From: Lama guanicoe
Taxonomy: Eukaryota
Reading direction: 5' to 3'
Assembly: GCA_013239625.1 (NCBI GenBank)
Contig: MU054323.1
Coordinates: 11,927,815 to 11,991,814 of the forward strand
Length of the DNA stretch: 64,000 nt
Part shown: piece by piece, positions 36,521-49,495 of the stretch
Position numbering within the stretch: position 1 is the stretch's first letter
Layout: every line of letters starts with the position of its first letter
Made by a program: the position numbers and the translations under genes
The notes under the pieces: generated by a model
The model's database searches: none
Told to the model about the DNA's origin: nothing
What the model saw: the letters and a program-made list of their open reading frames with translations, nothing else

Positions 36521-39500
36521 AAAGAAAGAGAAAGAGGAAGAGGAAGGAAGCAAGCAAGCAAGCAAGCAAGCAAGAAAGAAAAGTCAGGGCCCTCTGTGCA
36601 CACATGGATCTCAGTATCTCTGCCACAGCAGAGGGAGCACCATCTGGCATGAACTCTGGGGTCAATGGGATTCGGTCCTCTGGTTCCTTTCCCATTTTAC
36701 TTTGACAAAATGAAATCAATGACTGCTAGGTATTTTGAGGGCTTGTTTGAGTTTTGAGCTGGGGAAACTGGGGTCCAGAAAAGAAGGAAAATTTACATAG
36801 TGATCATTTAGTTAACTTTCTGCAATGTCCTCATCTTGACGACTGCAGCTCATCTTGGGAGCTCTTGGTTCCCCTTGTCCCCATCCCCTCTTCTCGGCAC
36901 CCATTTCAGTGCTCCTGTTGAGGGCCTGCCTTCCACCATGGCCAGGCTTTGAGGTCATCATGTCCCATCATTTCCCTCTGTTGTTGGCCTCATTTGATCC
37001 GGGCGTGGAACAAAAGTAACCCAAGATGACTTATTGTTGAGAGAAAAGGAGATAAATCACGAGAAGGGAAAGAATTTCTTTCCTTTGCAGCTCAGGAAAT
37101 GCAATTCTCCAGATAAATTTTTAAAAATGAACTCTAATTTTCTTCCAGTGCAAAAACAAAGTTTCCCTTGAAAACCAAATGTATCATTCATGTGTCTCAA
37201 ACCAGAGTCATTTTTTAAACTAAGACAGTGCAGATTTGGGATGTGGGGGAAATGATCAATTTCAGTCCACTCCTTTCTCCGAGAGCATTAATTAAACAAG
37301 GATGAAAAGTAAGATAATCCTTCCAGTGCCCTTGCCCTGGCTCTTCTCACTGCCCATAAGGACTTCATACAGTTATTTTAATTATTGTAGCTTCTGGCCC
37401 TAGTCCAATAATGTTGCCAAAGTCTGTAACTGGAGCACTGCGTGTCTACAGGACTTCAGCATTCACGTGCATGAGTGCGTGTGTGAGAGAGAGAGCGGGG
37501 AGTGGCTGTGAGCATTTGTGTGTGTGCCCTGTGTGTATGTATTTGTGTGTGTGCTTGTGTATGGGTGCTGATAACTGTTTTTGTCCTGTTTCTCTGGTAG
37601 TGTGACAGTTTTGGAGGGTGCCTGAGAACAACTTTGCAAAACATCTTCCCTGAACCTTTATCTCTTGTTTCTGGTAAGCCATTCCGGTTGTAGAAAGGCA
37701 ACACTAAAAAGTGCTTCCTGCTGAGCAATTTGACGACTAAGGACAAGGTTTACATCTTTTTAAACCGTCAGCTCTCTAAGTCACCAAGTCCGTTCCCAGC
37801 GCCTCTGCAGCCTGTCACCTGGGTAGGTGGTCTCACCCTTCTGTGAACCACATCTGTAAAGTACTGATAAGTACGCCCACTGTCACGGGGTTCCCATGAG
37901 AATAAAAAGAGGCGGTGTCTGTAACGGCCCCAGCACAGGGGAGGTGCCCAACAACTAAAACCTGCCTTCCTCTCCTTCACCCCTTTGTGGCGCTCGGGCC
38001 AAGGCAGAGCTGCACACCCTTCCCTCCCGCGGCTGCCGCCAACCCCCTCCCACAGAGGGCAGCTAGGGGGGACGCCCTCTCTGGTTGTTGCGACTTTCCC
38101 CTCTGTTCAGACCTGGTCACAGGTCCACAGTGACCTCTCCCTCTCCTGAACATGATGCACCCACAAATTGAACCCTTAATGACACAAGACTGAGCTGTCT
38201 ACTGAGGATCTGCAGTGTCTTTATTTTGTCTTTTGACCAGAATGTTAGCTACCGCGGGCAGGCTTCAGTCTCCTGTTCCTGTTGTTTCCTCCCAAACTGC
38301 CTGCACGAGCCAGGGGCCACCTGCTGGTATCTGGTGCTGGACAGACTGGCACAGGCCCAGTGAATGGAGTCCCTTGTGGGCTGCAGTCAGAGAAGCCTCC
38401 AGCCTTGCACGGACGGAGATGAGACCTGAGACTTGCTTGCCCCAGGTTGGTATCCGTTACGTGGCAGGGCCAGGACTGGCAACAGCAAGTCTTTCCAAGG
38501 GCTGCTGTTCTTATGTATGTCTTGTCCTCCCTGCTGTAACTGGAGACCTTTCAAGAATAGAGATACAGCTTCTTCTACTTTTCACATCCAACTATATCGC
38601 CTTTAAAAAAAACCCCACAAATGCTTTAAAAAGGAGCAAGGACACAAATTTTTTAGAGAAATAATAAGAATTAGAATACAGAAAATCTGAGATTATTTAC
38701 ATAGAGCCCCATTAAAGACCCAGGAGAAGAGACAAATTATTTTTCAAAGTCCTTTCTAGACTTGTGACACTAGATACTAAAATAGCTTAAATATTTAAGC
38801 TGTTGACCTTGTTCATGTCTGAAATTTCTTGTGATCTACTTGATCATTAGTTGCTGACCATCGTGCCCTCACTGTGGCCACACTCTGCCCCTTAATTACA
38901 ATGGAAAGAATAATGAGTCTTCGATGAGTGAAAAGACTTTCATCAGGAGCATTTTTTTCCCACGTTAACAACGCTCCCAGGACTTGACCAGCTGGTCCTC
39001 ACCTGTCCCATCAAGGTCCCGACTACACTGTGAGAACCCTGTGACTAGGAACTTAATTAGCTGCTTGGGAGGCGGGAGGGTGCAAAGTTAGGTGAGGAGG
39101 TGCCTTCTCATCCCCATGCAAGGACAAGATCTCTTCTCCAAGTCAAGGATGGGATATTTTCAAAAACCCTGAATTCTTGCCTAAGGTATATCCAGATTTA
39201 CTTTCATGCCTTTGGGTGGAAATACTTGATTCCCAGATTGGATCAAATTTACCTCATGTAACAGCCAAACTCCAAAAACACTCAAACCAAGGGTAGCTGA
39301 TTCTCTTGAAAACCTGCTAAAGTGAACACCTCTCTAGATGGAGCACAGACTTTCTGGTTCACCCCACCCCTACTCAGCCTACCTAACAGATTATATCACC
39401 TGCCTGCCTCTTTAAGGCATTATGGGGGTCAGTGAAAGCACAGGACCAAGATCTAAGCCTTGAGGGGTGTCCTGAATAGGCAGAGAGAGCAGAGGGGGCG

Positions 39501-39822
39501 GCACTCACTCTCTAGACCTGAGACAGAGAAGCAGCAGCTTCAGAGCTAGAAGAGAAAATGTGATCTCAGAACCCGGTGGTACTCCATGCACTAGAAGAGC
39601 TATCAAGGACAAAGGCTGGTGAATTTTGATAGGGGAAGGTTCAGGAGTCATCTGGAAGAGGGGCAGGACACAGTGAGATGGCAGACTACATGTGAAGAGG
39701 CGTATAAATCGATAGATGAAAAAGAATGGAACACGAGCACAAAGGAAGCAGAACTGCTTTAAGCAGAGGATTTCATGAGCAAATGCACAGGTCAAGAAGG
39801 AGTCCGTGGAGGGAAAGATCTT

Positions 39823-39936
39823 TAGGGTGACCTATGGCCCTGGTTTGCCTGTAACTGAGTCATTTCCTGGGATGTGAGACTTACACTATTAAAACTAGCC
39901 AAGTCCCAACCAAATCAGAACGTGTTGGTTATCCTA
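39823..39936. mobile_element. hAT-Blackjack MITE (MER81-like)
   Basis: ~114 bp with terminal inverted repeats tagggtgacc / ggttatccta and internal ggtttgcc...aaagtccc-like motifs. Confidence 0.65.
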
Positions 39937-41698
39937 CAAAATGCAAAGGGGACAGCGTAGGGATGCAGAAAGAGAGAATCACAGGATCCTGGGAGAGGTA
40001 GAGGGGCTGACTCATAAAAGGAGGCTGGATGCTTTCTATGCACCAATTTTGATCCCACTGAGAAGGATCTTGGTGCACAAAGAATATGTGGGTTAATAAA
40101 TTATAGAAACACATTCTCAGTCACTCCATTAGCTTGATGCCGGGCTGAAGCCTTGGTGTCTCCAGCTACTCCTCATTCAAGCTCTTAGTTAACTCATTCC
40201 AGCGATCTAGAAGCTTCTGGTCACTGATCTTCTAACTCTCTGCCATCCGCCTCAAGTTCAAGCTTTTGTTTTGTTAGTCCTAAACTCCTGACAAATACAG
40301 CTCCTTACAGCCGAGGTCCCAGGCTGGGTCCCTGCTTTGGATCAGAACGTTCTTCCATATGCTGCACCCACAGGAAGCACTCAGTCTGCAGCATACGTGT
40401 GATTTGCTAGACTGTCCCCAGCCTCCTTCCACTCCCGTCTGGCCACATCCTTGCAGAGCCCACACCTCCAAACCCCTCTTTGACACCTAATCTCCCCCAG
40501 CACCCTCCCTACTCCCATCCTGGGTCCACTTCCTTTAACCACGGTTTCACAGGAGCAGGGTTTGGGCACACTTTTCTTAGAGGTTAGGAGACTCTCCCAA
40601 ACTGACAAACCTCTCCTCTTTCTATTTGTCAGAAGTTAGAAGCAAACAGGGTGTCCTGGAAAGTTGGAATCAGAGTAGCTGCAGGCTCTATTAGCCACGT
40701 GACTCTCGCTAAGTAATTTAAGGGCTCCAAGTCTCCCTTCCTTACCTGCAAGGTGAGACTGTAATGCCTACCTCCCAGCGTCAGCCTAATTCAATTAGAA
40801 GGGGTAAATGGAGACCGTTTGCAAATTCTCAGGGCATACTATACAAGTAAGCTAGTAGCGCCAGAGGTAACAATGAGATAGAAAGACACCCTGGAGAGCC
40901 AGCAACAAGTATCTTTTGAATGGATGAATGAATGAATGAATGAATGGGTGAATATGGAATTGCTGAGGTCGGTCAGATCCGTGGAGAAACTAAAAACCAG
41001 TCAATGCTAACCTAGGTATGAAACAAGAGTGAGCAGTCCCAAGTTCACGAAGGTGGAATTTGAAGTAAGTCGCAGGCGTGAAGACAGACAAACTGGCAGG
41101 ACACCAGGTGCAAAGCACGAGCCACAGTGAATGCCCCCACCGTGAGAATAGTCCTAAGCACGGGGCCAAACACAGGTAAGCCGCACGCTAGACCGTCCAA
41201 GAACCATATGCACAGGGGCTGCTGGAGACAGAAGAGGTTCAAACCCGAACGTCAGTGCATAAAGCAGACGCTTGCATGACAATGGGGCTGCTGGTTGCTG
41301 GTGAATTGGAGAATGCATGCCCTTTTAGATGGAAGTATTTAAAAGTCACTTAAAATCAAAACCTTTGCCAGCCAAATACAGATGAAGAAACCAGCTCAGA
41401 GAGTGGAAGAGCCTGCCAGTTACGAAAGCCCGATGACCTGAATCCAGATCTTCCGACTGCAAGCAATGCATCATCATCCATCTTCAAGACCGTGGGGAAG
41501 AGAGGAGGGTCTGTGGACAAGCAGGTTCAAACACAGATCTTCTGCCCGTGACCCTCAGCTTGAGCTGAGCTTCAGACCGCTTTCAGCACTGACCTTGTTC
41601 TGATGCAGATCCCAAGATAAAAGTGCAATAAATAATGTGCCAGAAGCCCACATGAGGATGTAATGGCCGCTGGTAATGAGACACAGAGAGAGGTTGGC

Positions 41699-42062
41699 TG
41701 TGCTAGTCTGCTCGGGCTGCCAGAACACAGCAGCACAGGCGGGGTGGTTAAAACAACAGATGTTTATTTCACCGCAGTCCTGGAGGCTGCAAGTTCAAGA
41801 TCAAGTTTCTTCTGAGGCGTCTCTCCTTGGCTTGTCTTCTCCATGTATCTTCACATGGTTTCTCCTCTGTGTGTGTCTATGTCCTCATTGCCTCTTTTAA
41901 TAAGGATATTGGTCATACTGAATTAGCCCCCACCCCTCCACTGACCTCATTTAACCTTAATTACCTCCCTAAAACTATGTCTCCAAACCATAGTCATATT
42001 CTGAGGTACCGGAGGTTAGGACTTCATATAAATTTGGTTGGGACACAATTCAGCCCATGAGA
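41699..42062 (-). mobile_element. MLT1A/B-like MaLR solo LTR
   Basis: tgtgctagtctgctcgggctgcc...aaaacaacaga..tttatt...tctccaaa..atagtcatattctgaggtac...gggacacaattcagcccat. Confidence 0.85.
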
Positions 42063-44337
42063 CTAACTGCTGGTAGAAATCAACAGTCCTTCAGCATTTT
42101 AATGATATCTGTCCTCTCTGGCACTGTGCACACTACGAATAATCAGAAGCCCTTATGGGCACAGAACAAGGGGGCCTTAGATGATAGCACAGCAAACCTC
42201 TGATAAGCAGCCTCCCCACCTCCCAGACACCTTCATTTTCTCATTTGAGAATGAATTTTTTTGGACTGAACCTACTGTATTCCAGGCATGTCTGCCAGGT
42301 GCTGGGGACACATTTGGTGAGCAAAGCCAGCCTGGCCTGGGCCCTCAAATAACTCAGAGTCTGTTGAAAACATGATTCCTTCTGGTTCCACATCTTACTA
42401 CACATGTGATGTAAACCAGTTTGCTTAACCTCAGCGAGCCTCAATTTTGACATCCGTGAAATGAAGAAAATAATACCCCAAATTAGAGACGATAACATGA
42501 CACATACAGAGGGTCTGTCACAGCACGTGGAACTCGTGTGTCCTCCATCAGCATAAACCGTCTTACACAAGTCCTATCACCTAGGATTCCACAGAAAATA
42601 ATACTAAAGAATTAAAGTTTTCAAACTTGAAATGGAACATCTTTATTATGCCTGAATTTGGCACTTTCCCATTCCAGGGCAAGACAAAAACAGGCCCATA
42701 ACTTATTAGTGGAGACAATGACCATGTTATCAGCAGAAATGCACATTCCGAGATAATGCAGGTCCTGCTTCCCAGGGTCCAGCTGAGCTGTTCCCTCCCT
42801 CCTCCATTGTGGGATTGGGGGGGGGGGAGCTGAGGGGGCACTGGCGCCATCTTGGACCATAAATCATCTCCCAACAGTTCCTGGAGGGCACAGACCCCCA
42901 GAGCAGTACCTTCCACGCAGCTAAAGAATTTCCTGCCAAAACGGATAAGAATTTCCTGTTTTGCTTTTCATTATTACTTTAAGTAATCATATTTGGAGCC
43001 TTGCGGATCGTAAGCAGCAGGGGCTGGGAAGGCACGTCAACATCTCTCCTGGATTAACTCTGGACACTTGCAGCCATTTTAGAAATGACAAATTGAGATT
43101 GGGACAAAATACACAAAATAGGCCAGCTGGAATGAGAGAAGGACAGCTGACACATGGGGCGCCCTTTGTTTGGCACTGGCTTTGTCCATGCCTTTGACCA
43201 TGACCCCAGACCAGGCAGGAGGGCCCTCCCTGTCCCTCAGCCTGATTCCCCTCTTTCAGTTGAGGGAGCCCCCACAAGCCTCAGGTTACCCCCTTTCCCT
43301 CCTGAGAAGACCCCAGGTGGCCTTAGAAGCATGAACCTCTCTGGGCAGACCCTGACAACTCCCATGGGGTTAGGTGACAAACGGGCTTAATGGCATCTGC
43401 ACATGCTCAGAGAGCACAGGCCAGGCCGCGCAAGGATCCTCTCTGGGGCTTCTGGGGATGCTGGGTTGAAATTTCACTCCCAGAAAGACTGCTTCAGCCC
43501 AGCTGCACTCTCCACAGCCTGCTCTTCTGCTCTCCACAAGCTCCCCTGCCCAGAGACGGGAACAGAGACCCCCTTGTTACGTCCAGGACTGAGTACACCT
43601 CCCCGCCTCCCTCCAGACCAGCTCCCACCCGCGATGTCCTTCTTTCTGTGGACGCCACTCCTTTCTTCCAGGCATCCATACTCGAAACGCCCTGCTTATC
43701 TTTAGTTTTCCCTCTTCCTTCTTAGACACCATCAGCCATCACCAAATTTCAGCCATCTGTCCCAGGTGCCAAGACGTGGGTGGGGTTCTCCTACCCGCAG
43801 CCTCGCTTCCATCTGACCTACTTCCCCTGCTGCTCTGTCCTAGAATGCAGCCTCAGGGCCTTGGTCCTCATCACCTCCAGCCCTGAGGGTAGTGGCGGCC
43901 CCCGACCTGGCCTCCCCAGCCCACGTGCTGTTCTTACTGCTCCTTCTCTAGAGCTGCTCGTACCGTCCACACACCACTCAGCAAGTTCACAAACCTGCTC
44001 GGAAGTGCCAGGGCCTAGCAAACACGGACACACCCCTTCTCCTGGCGATCAAAGCCCTGCCTGATCTGGTCTCAGATTTCTCTTACTATTCGTGCACCTG
44101 CACTTCAGCCAAACTAGGCAGTTTCCCATTAAGTTAGCATTTCTTGTCCTTCACCACACCCCTGCTTCTGCTCCCGCCACCCCTCCTAGATCCAGTGCTC
44201 TCTAATCCCTGACTCTCAAGTGTGCAGCCTCCTCCATGAAGTCCTCCCATCAAGGTGTCTTGGGGCCAGTGCTCCCATCCCCACTGCCCTACACAACTCT
44301 CTCTGCTGTTTTGTCACAAGGTAGGCACCACATGGCT

Positions 44338-44650
44338 GGTAGGGCTGCTGTCAGATATTTCCAGCCTCTTCTGGGCATATGGTAGCCGACTTTGTGATTT
44401 GCTTTGGCCAATAAATGTGAATGAAAGTAATCCGTATCATCTTTGGCCAGAAGCTTTAAAAACCACTATATAATTTGCCGTATTTTCTTCCCCAGTGAAA
44501 CATGTCAAGGTAGAGCTTCCACCAGCCTGAGACCCTCCTGACACCTGCTATGATCATACTGTGAGAGTGAGAAATGTCTTTGATTTTTAAGCCACTGAGA
44601 TTTGGAGGATGTTTATTATTCCGCAAAATCTAACTTATCCTGACTGCATA
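44338..44650 (+). mobile_element. MLT1I/J-like MaLR LTR
   Basis: gatttgctttggccaataaatgtga...cagaagctttaa...ttttaagccactgagatttgga...ctaacttatcctgact. Confidence 0.7.
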
Positions 44651-45989
44651 ACGTGAGATCTAAGAGACCATCTAGCCTGTCCCCTGCTTTACTGACGGGA
44701 AAACTAAGGCTTAGAGGACATAAAATGACCTGCCCAAGGTCACATCATTTGTAGTGTCTCAAGTCTAAGGCCAAGTTCCCCCAATGTCCAGTCCAGTGCT
44801 GCTTCCATGGCACCATCCTGTAGGATCCTTGAGACCAAGGACCTAACAACAGGAGTCTGGGATCTCAGCCCCTGCCCTCCACCTCCTGGCTGGGATCCCG
44901 GATAAGTCATTCCTGCTCACAGACCTGTTTCCTCACTTCTAGGATGAGAATATGGGACACAAATCCCTTCGAGGCTGTCTTGCTATGTGCCCCTCTGTGT
45001 TCTCCAGTGTTCATGGCAGTGCCCTGTCCATGCTGAGGACCAATGGCCATCTCAAGGGCTTGTTCCATCACTCTTTGGAAACATCCAGGCCTTCTCCAGG
45101 TGGGGCAAAGGCCAGACTGCATGCATCTTGAATCATCCTTCATATCTGCTAGTTCCTCATTCAGCTGCCCACAGGTATGAGTTTATGCTTGACTCTCTCC
45201 CACAAGCCCTGCCTTTAACTGGTATTTATTCAGTTAACATTTACAGTCCTTCACTGACTCCACAAAAGTACCTGACCTTTGACAACCGAGTATACGTTTA
45301 CAATGAGAGGTGTGAGCTTGTTTCTTCCTGTGTGTTTGTTTCTTTTGTTTTTTCTTATCACACCCATTCTTGGGTATTCTAAGAGCTGTCAGCCTTTTAA
45401 CCAGGTCATGGATTTCTGTCCAGAACATGCTCTTAATTCCCTTTTGTCTTCTGATCTCCTTTCCTTAGGCAGCCTTGGCATGAAAAGCATCAATTCTTTG
45501 GAAGGTAAGACACTTATGAAGGTTTTATAACATGGCAGATGGCCTCATACTCCTGGCCATAGTATCAAAAGTTGAGGCTGCCCTTCAGCCATCAGCCCCA
45601 TGCCCAGCATCCTTCAGGGCGTGGCCCACCCCGAGCAGGAAGGATCTCAGAGTGTGGGTGACCTCTTCCTCATACTGGTGGCAGAGAGGACAGGCCAGGA
45701 CCCGATGCACTTCCTTTCAGAGCAAACATTTTGCCACAGAAGTGAGTTGTTTACAAGAACACGGGCAGTCGTGGGCTTCCCCATTCCACTTGGGCCAGCA
45801 CTGTGAGGGACCCCTGAGCAAAAGACCAAGGTGCAGCCAGAGGCAGGGGGCCCTGTGGACACCTCGAGTCTTCCAGTAAGCCCCTTTGTCACCTAACCCC
45901 AAGCAAGTTAATCAATCAGGCCCCAAATGGAAAGGAACCCAGGAAGTCTGGTTCAACCTGTCCATGAGACACTAACCACAAATCACCTC

Positions 45990-46265
45990 TGTATTTTATA
46001 TTTTAAATATTCCAATAGCCACATTACTAAACAGATCAGTGAAATAAGTTTTACTAAAATATTTTTATTTACCCTCATATAACTTTTCATTTCCATATGT
46101 CATCTATATAATTACTACTAATGAGAAAGTTGACATCCTTTCTCAGGAACCGTCTTCAAAATCTAGCATGTATTTTACACGTACAGCACACCCCACTTTG
46201 GACGGGTCACCGTTCAAGTGCTCAGGAGCCATTTGTGACTAGTGACCTCTGTATCAGAGCACAGG
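45990..46265. mobile_element. MER33-like hAT-Charlie element
   Basis: atagccacatt...aatatttttatttaccc...tcttcaaaatct..catgtattttacac.tacagcaca...ttcaagtgctca. Confidence 0.7.
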
Positions 46266-47564
46266 TCTGGTTAAGCCTCTTATTATTAGAGATGAGGAAA
46301 CTGAGGCCCTGAGATGAGAAATGAGTGACAGCACAATCCCCACTCCAGAAGTTCAAGGCCCGGTGTTAGTTACACCACTTCAAAGAAAAAAACAAACCAA
46401 ACCAACAACCAAGTAGGAACAAAACAAGAATACCGCTCAGCAGCGAAAAAGGTGTGGGTTTATACAAACCTCGCAGGGTGCATTAGCAGGTTACAAGAAG
46501 GAGTCATGTGACTTTCAAGTCCAAGCAAGCTGGGCACTGAGGGAATTTCTTTCTGCTCTCTGCCTGGGGTGGGGATTTGTGCTCTGGTTAAAGCCAAGTG
46601 AAGGCAGCTGCCCTGCAGAACAGTCAGATGCTCCCTCCAAGAGAAAGGGGTCCTGGTGGGCTGCCACTCATCCAGCTGGCACACCCACCCTAGTAGCCTC
46701 TGCATCCATTAGCCTAGCTCCTGACCTGCAGCAAGATGTTGAACAAGATATTGCTGGTAAAGAGAAATGAGCGTGAGTTCCGGAATCCAGCTGACAGATT
46801 TCCAATCCCTGACAAGCTCTGTGAACCTCTGCTCTCTCCTCTGGGAGACGGGGAAGATCTCCATCAGCTGACGGTGCTGCTGATTCTGTCCCCGGACGGC
46901 TGCTATGAGATGGAGTGGGCTGACCCTGCCTAATGAGTCCTCTGCACACAGGCAGGCCTCAGCCAACTTTAGCTCTCCTTCCCTGATGGCCCCGAGGCTG
47001 GTTTCAATGCCATTCTCCTAACTGCGCTCCTGGCTTCGGGACCCCCGTGGCCAGGGCCACTCAGTCAACTGGGGCCACCTTGGTGTCTCAGTGAGTAGGT
47101 CTCTGGAGCGTCTTTCTAGGCCCCGTCGGGACGTGTGGGGAGCATCAGCCCTCTGCAGTCATAGGTGGTCCTCCTGGCAACCCTGCTGCCTGGGGTTAGA
47201 AAGAAAACCAAGTCGGGGTGTCCTATCTCTTTGTCTATCTGTGCCACTGGGGCCAGGCTCATAGGGAGCCGACCCTGGGACCAGTTTGGAGGGGAGCATC
47301 TCAGTGGGGGATAAACTTAGTGCCCAGCTTGGCTATGGGAGTGCCTCCCTCTCCTTGTGGTATTTTTAATTCTAACATCAAGTAAAAATAGAATTTCCTG
47401 TTGATCTGATAAGAAATTCCTGTTTTTCCAGGGAGCAGGCAGCCTCTATCGGGTAGCACGGACCGAAGGGTTTACCAACTACTTCCGAGATAGATGATTA
47501 AAGACAGGAGGGGCCCAATGGGCCTGGGTTCACATCGATTTATTTTCAAAGTGTAAAGACAACT

Positions 47565-47771
47565 GTTACGCTCTCTGCCCCATGCCTTCTGAGACGGCCC
47601 GCGCTTCATCTCTGGAGTATGTATCTACCTTTACTTTAAGCTGAGCACCCAACCCTGCACCTCGTGGCCTTTCTCTTGCCTTCTGAGACAGCCTGCTCTT
47701 TGTCTATGGAATACGTATCTCTATGAATAAATCTACTTCTTCTTTAAAAAAAAAAAGAAGAAGAAGAAGAA
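47565..47771 (+). mobile_element. Polyadenylated ERV1 (MER41-like) LTR R-region copy
   Basis: Similar to 57737-57815 of the solo LTR in this window; ends AATAAA (47726-47731) + 14 nt + A11 + (GAA)n, with no U5. Confidence 0.7.
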
Positions 47772-49035
47772 AAGGACAGCTACCAAGGAGCATCACAGGG
47801 TGTGATGAATAATCTCTTACATACACTGAAGAGCTGCTTGGCTTTGGACAAGCTCTTCCTGCGGGTTCCTGGGAGCCTGGGTATTTTTAGCTGCCAGATG
47901 CAATAGGTCCAGCTTCTCAGGCAGAGCTGCTGGGCCTCCCAGATGGAACCTGGCCTGTGAGGGCAGCACCTTGCAGGGGTGTGTGGGTGTCAGGCCCCCA
48001 CCTTCACCCAAAAACCAATCACTGCTACCTGTGCTCTGCTTGTAGGGCAGCCCTCGAGCCTTTGGCTCAGCTGTCCCGGCCATGCCGGCTTGGGCATAAA
48101 TAGTTCAAAGAGTTTGTCTCCAGTGGATATTTGGGGTTTGGGGGTCTCCCTGCATCCACTTTCTATTCTTTCTGTTATTGGCCCCCTCAGTTCCATTCGG
48201 GGAATAACCTCTTCCCCTCAACATGCAGGCTTGCTGGAACTGTCAGTCAAGGATTCTGGCCCTCCCCGAGTCTTGCCCACCAATCAGGCCCTCTCTGGGG
48301 ATTTGGAACCTTGAGTGGAGTGATGTAAAGATAGAAAAATGACCAATGCTCATTTACCCCAGCAGTCAGCCTCCGACCCCGGGACCCTGGACCCTGTCTG
48401 GCCCCGGCCCTTTGGAGCCAGATGATTCATTTCTCCAATTTGCTGGTCTACCCAGGTATCATCTGAAGAACTCACTTTCTAATACTCATAAATAAGCCCC
48501 GTGACAAACACAGCAGCGTACGGACGGTGAGTCAGAAGTGTCACCTTGCTTCTCTTCTAACAGGGAAGTAACAGTCACAGCACAAAGGTGTGATCCCTGA
48601 CTGGCTGAGAAGCACCCCGACACGAGGCAGCTTCTCAGCCATTTAACAGTTGTGTGAGGAAGGCAAGCAGCAGTCACCACGCCTTTTGAGAAATCAGGAG
48701 GCCGCTGCGCCGCCTGGCGATGGTGGAGCCGTCACTTACACGTGGCTCTGTCTCTCGACTACAGGATGCTCTCCCCGAGACCACACTCTCTCCCGAGCCT
48801 CTGGAGCAGAGCTGGAGCCGTTTCCCCAGGCTGGGGGGCTAGCCAGTCTTCAGCCTCCTCTGCCTATTTATGTCCATGTCCTGGCTCATCAGTAACAAAA
48901 ACTGGGACACTGACCCCTGAGCTGTATTTCACAAAGTCTGACTTGCCACAGCATCCAAGCAGAGACTCCATAAGAACACATCTTCAAAATCATCTTTAAA
49001 ATGTGATCAGCATTGTATGCTCCTGTTCCCATTGC

Positions 49036-49495
49036 CTATTCACAATAGTGAAAATGTGGAACCGTCCAAATGTCCATTAATGGATGGATGGATAAACACA
49101 TTTTTGGTGTATCCATACAGTGGAAGAGTTTTCTGCCATTACGAAGAATTAAGTCCTGCTGTATGCTACAGTGTGGATGAACCTTGAAAACACACTAAGT
49201 GAAAGAAGCCAGACACAAAATGTCACATACTATACGATCCCATGTATACATAGTATTTGGAAGAGATAAATCCATAGAGACAGAAGACAGTTGTTGGTTA
49301 CCAGGGGCTGGAAGGAGGGGGGAATGGGGGAAATGGCTTAACGGGTACAGGGTTTTACTCTGAATGGTAGAAAAGTTTTGCAACTAGATAAAGGTGGGTT
49401 TTGCACAACAGTATGGGCGCTCTAAACGTCACTGAATTATTCACTCTAAAATTGTTCATTTTACACTATGTGAATTTTATCTCCATAAATCATAT
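49036..49495 (+). mobile_element. L1MB-like 3' end
   Basis: tattcacaatag...ccaaatgtccat...ggatgaaccttgaaaaca...aagtgaaagaagccagacacaaaa...atccatagagacagaa...ggttaccaggggctgg...tatgtgaatttta. Confidence 0.85.
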
